Below are positions 53,387-54,231 of a DNA stretch of 54,231 nt, piece by piece. The position numbers and the translations under genes are program-made. The notes under the pieces are model-generated. The model was not told the origin of the DNA. It searched no databases and saw nothing but the letters and a program-made list of their open reading frames with translations. Source of the stretch: Catajapyx aquilonaris (lineage: Eukaryota); NCBI GenBank assembly GCA_000934665.2, contig JYFJ02002600.1:1-54231 (forward strand). Reading direction: 5' to 3'. Numbering within the stretch: position 1 is the stretch's first letter; each line of letters opens with the position of its first letter.

Positions 53387-53915
53387 CAGGGTGTTTCAGA
53401 GTCACGGGTCAAGTGCGCTTGAGGGGGTGGGGAAAAATCGTAGGTGGTGACAACCCCGGCCGGGTTTATAAAACAATTACAAATACGGCAGTAATCAATT
53501 TATTTATTACGGCCGTACGGCGTGACGTCAATTCCTTTCTGTTCGAATCGAGTGGCACGGACTGGCAGGTTGAACAGTTTTTTAGCCTTGCACTGAAAAA
53601 GGCGCTCTCATGCTACCGGCAGGGTACTGTACAAAGTAGTGTACTACTGTACAGTAGTGTGTTCAGTACCCTGCCGGTGTAGCCTTTTTCAGTGCAACCC
53701 GCAAGGCTAAAAAGCCGTTCAACCAAGTTCAACCTGCCAGTCCGCGCCTCTCAGTTCGAACAGAAAGGATGTGACGTCACGCCGTACTGCCGTAATAAAT
53801 AAATTTATTACTGCCGTAATTCTAATTGTTTTATAAAACCAACCGGGGTTGTTGCCACCTACTATTTTTCCCCACCCCCTCGCGTGCGCTTGACCCGTGA
53901 CTCTGAAACACCCTG
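53387..53915. mobile_element. Tc1/mariner-type MITE, almost fully palindromic (about 240-bp arms)
   Basis: TA|CAGGGTGTTTCAGAGTCACGGGTCAAG ... CTTGACCCGTGACTCTGAAACACCCTG|TA. Confidence 0.92.
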
Positions 53916-53990
53916 TAGTTTGTATTGAAAAATACTATGCAGGATGTTTCATAATGATACTGATAAACTTCCTGAGAAGAATTCTAACTA

Positions 53991-54231
53991 CAGTAAAGCC
54001 TCGATATAAAGATCCTGCATGTAACACTATCCCGCTTTTAATGCCCATTTTTCCAGTCCCTTGATCAGCCCCATAAGGCCCAATGGTAAATGTTCCTGTT
54101 TATAACACTTCCTGCTTGTAACACTCTCCCGCATATACGAGGGAGGGTCAAAAAGTTATCTACCTAGGTATGAAGGACATGGCTTAGCGGCATAATTTTT
54201 TAATTAGAGGTACTTTCAACCCTTCTTGTAC
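53991..54231. mobile_element. End of a pogo/Tigger-like element interrupted at 54138 by a mariner-like end (both cut by the window edge)
   Basis: TA|CAGTAAAGCCTCGATATAA and TA|CGAGGGAGGGTCAAAAAGT termini. Confidence 0.55.

Overview
Eukaryotic (arthropod, very likely insect) genomic DNA. It holds a complete 28-coding-exon WDR7/Rabconnectin-3B gene (+, 1572-31185, about 1509 aa) with a 5-exon R&R cuticle-protein gene nested antisense in intron 17. It also holds a compact PARP11/12/ZAP-like ADP-ribosyltransferase ORF (-, 37531-38262) and the first two coding exons of an RFX5/RFX7-like transcription factor (+, 42456-42721 and 53201-53326, continuing past the window). Introns and intergenic DNA are full of non-autonomous elements: Tc1/mariner, pogo/Tigger, piggyBac-like, Kolobok-like, hAT, PIF-like and Helitron-like elements, plus several tRNA-derived SINE families. 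The most unusual structures are (i) fold-back transposon derivatives in which the 3' end of the transposase gene has replaced the 5' end, namely a 3.5-kb Academ-type element with about 1.28-kb arms and two nested MITEs, a mariner, and probably a hAT; (ii) several SINE families with different bodies but a shared 3' tail; and (iii) near-perfect 84-92 bp snap-back hairpins. All calls were made by eye, with no database search.
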